From Heterodontus francisci (Eukaryota), in assembly GCF_036365525.1 (NCBI RefSeq), contig NC_090378.1, forward strand, positions 121,009,593 to 121,073,592: DNA of 64,000 nt. Reading direction: 5' to 3'. Shown piece by piece: positions 63,360 to 64,000 of the stretch. Each line of letters starts with the position of its first letter. Positions within the stretch are counted from its first letter, which is position 1. The notes below the pieces were generated by a model, which did not search any database, was not told where the DNA came from, and saw only the letters and a program-made list of their open reading frames with translations. A program made the position numbers and the translations under genes.

Positions 63360-63840
63360 TGAGAGACAGAGTGAGAGCGTGAGAGAGGGAGTGAGAGAAT
63401 GAGAGAGAGAGTGAAAGAGAGTGAATGAGAGAGAGAGAGAGAGAGAGTGAATGAGAGAGAGAGAGAAAAAGAGAGGCAGAGTGAGAGAGGGAGACAAAGT
63501 GAGAGAGAGACAGCGTGTGACAGAGACAGAGTAACAGCGATTGGGAGAGAGGGACATAATGAGAGGGTGAAAGAGACAGAGTGAGAGAAAACAATGAGAG
63601 AGGGACAGAATGGGAGAGAAACCCAAAGTAGCAGAAACAGAGTGTGACACACTGAAAGCGACAAACACAGACAGAGACAGACAGAAGCACACATAGAGAC
63701 AGAGACAAATAGATATATATAGAGAGAGTGTGAGAGACAGAGACACACATACACACAGGCAAAGAGTGACAGAGAGAGAGACACAGTGACAGTGAAAGAC
63801 AGAGAGAGGGTGAGAGTGAGTGAGTGAAACACAGAGCAGA
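63360..63840. repeat. Degenerate GA/purine-rich low-complexity tract directly upstream of the J RSS
   Basis: (GA)n, GAGT and GACA reiterations; strongly purine-biased + strand. Confidence 0.93.
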
Positions 63841-63879
63841 GGATATTGTACAGCCCCTGCACTGGAAGCTGTCAGTGTG
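63841..63879 (-). promoter_or_regulatory. Recombination signal sequence (23-RSS) of the J segment
   Basis: + strand GGATATTGT (63841-63849; consensus GGTTTTTGT, 7/9), exactly 23-bp spacer (63850-63872), CAGTGTG (63873-63879; consensus CACTGTG, 6/7, essential CAC/GTG intact) abutting the J coding end. Confidence 0.93.
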
Positions 63880-63914
63880 GTATACGTTTGGTAAAGGAAC
63901 CAAGCTCAGACTGA
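63880..63914 (+). CDS. IGKJ: Immunoglobulin light-chain joining (J) gene segment, kappa-like (resembles cartilaginous-fish type III/NS4), unrearranged germline configuration
   Basis: G TAT ACG TTT GGT AAA GGA ACC AAG CTC AGA CTG A = YTFGKGTKLRL: FGxGTKL motif, 5' 23-RSS, 3' phase-1 donor. FGxG plus 23-RSS fits kappa or sigma-type light chains, not lambda or TCR J (12-RSS) or IgH J (WGxG). Kappa and shark assignment is from recalled similarity, not a search. Confidence 0.9.
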
Positions 63915-64000
63915 GTAAGTAAACCTCAATCCTCCGTTACTAATCCTTTAAATACTGAAACTTTCTAAAACACAAATGCTGAATAGTGGAAGGTGTTAGT
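63915..64000 (+). other. 5' splice donor (GTAAGT, 63915-63920) and start of the J-C intron
   Basis: Consensus GTAAGT in phase 1 immediately after the J codons, as expected for J-to-C splicing; the C exon would lie beyond the window. Confidence 0.88.

Noticed and set aside
63782-63809. Perfect CACAGTG about 90 bp upstream of the J heptamer, convergent with it
   Set aside because: Sequence at 12 bp is AGAGAGAGG, with no nonamer at 23 bp either; embedded in low-complexity DNA with no V or D coding segment before it.
61234-63903. Long SL/ER-rich ORFs
   Set aside because: Products of (GA)n/(TC)n low complexity and N runs.

Overview
Vertebrate genomic DNA, most likely a cartilaginous fish (inferred from the J-segment sequence). 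Bases 1 to ~61,080 are one uninterrupted head-to-tail array of a 61-bp monomer (~1,000 copies; consensus GGACACACAGTCCCACCTCCTG[T/G/C]ACTGACACATCCCACAGTTATATATAATATATAATAAT) that starts before the window. The array is organised into homogeneous and diverged domains with nested higher-order duplications (305, 366, 426, 1037, 1213, 1527, ~3500-3770 and 8965 bp offsets). All minus-strand ORFs in it are repeat artefacts. After the array come ~700 bp of unique sequence, two N-gaps, GA-rich simple repeats and a ~760-bp MITE-like element. At the far right is a clear immunoglobulin light-chain J segment (YTFGKGTKLRL, kappa-like) with a 23-bp-spacer RSS and a phase-1 GTAAGT donor. No V segment is visible in the 63.8 kb upstream. 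The most intriguing observation is that each monomer spells a 23-RSS-like signal (CACAGTT-23 bp-ACACAGTCC, or ACAAAGTCC in one ~7-kb domain), all on one strand, next to a V-less J. Whether this has any function is untested, and CA-rich satellites can produce such matches by chance.
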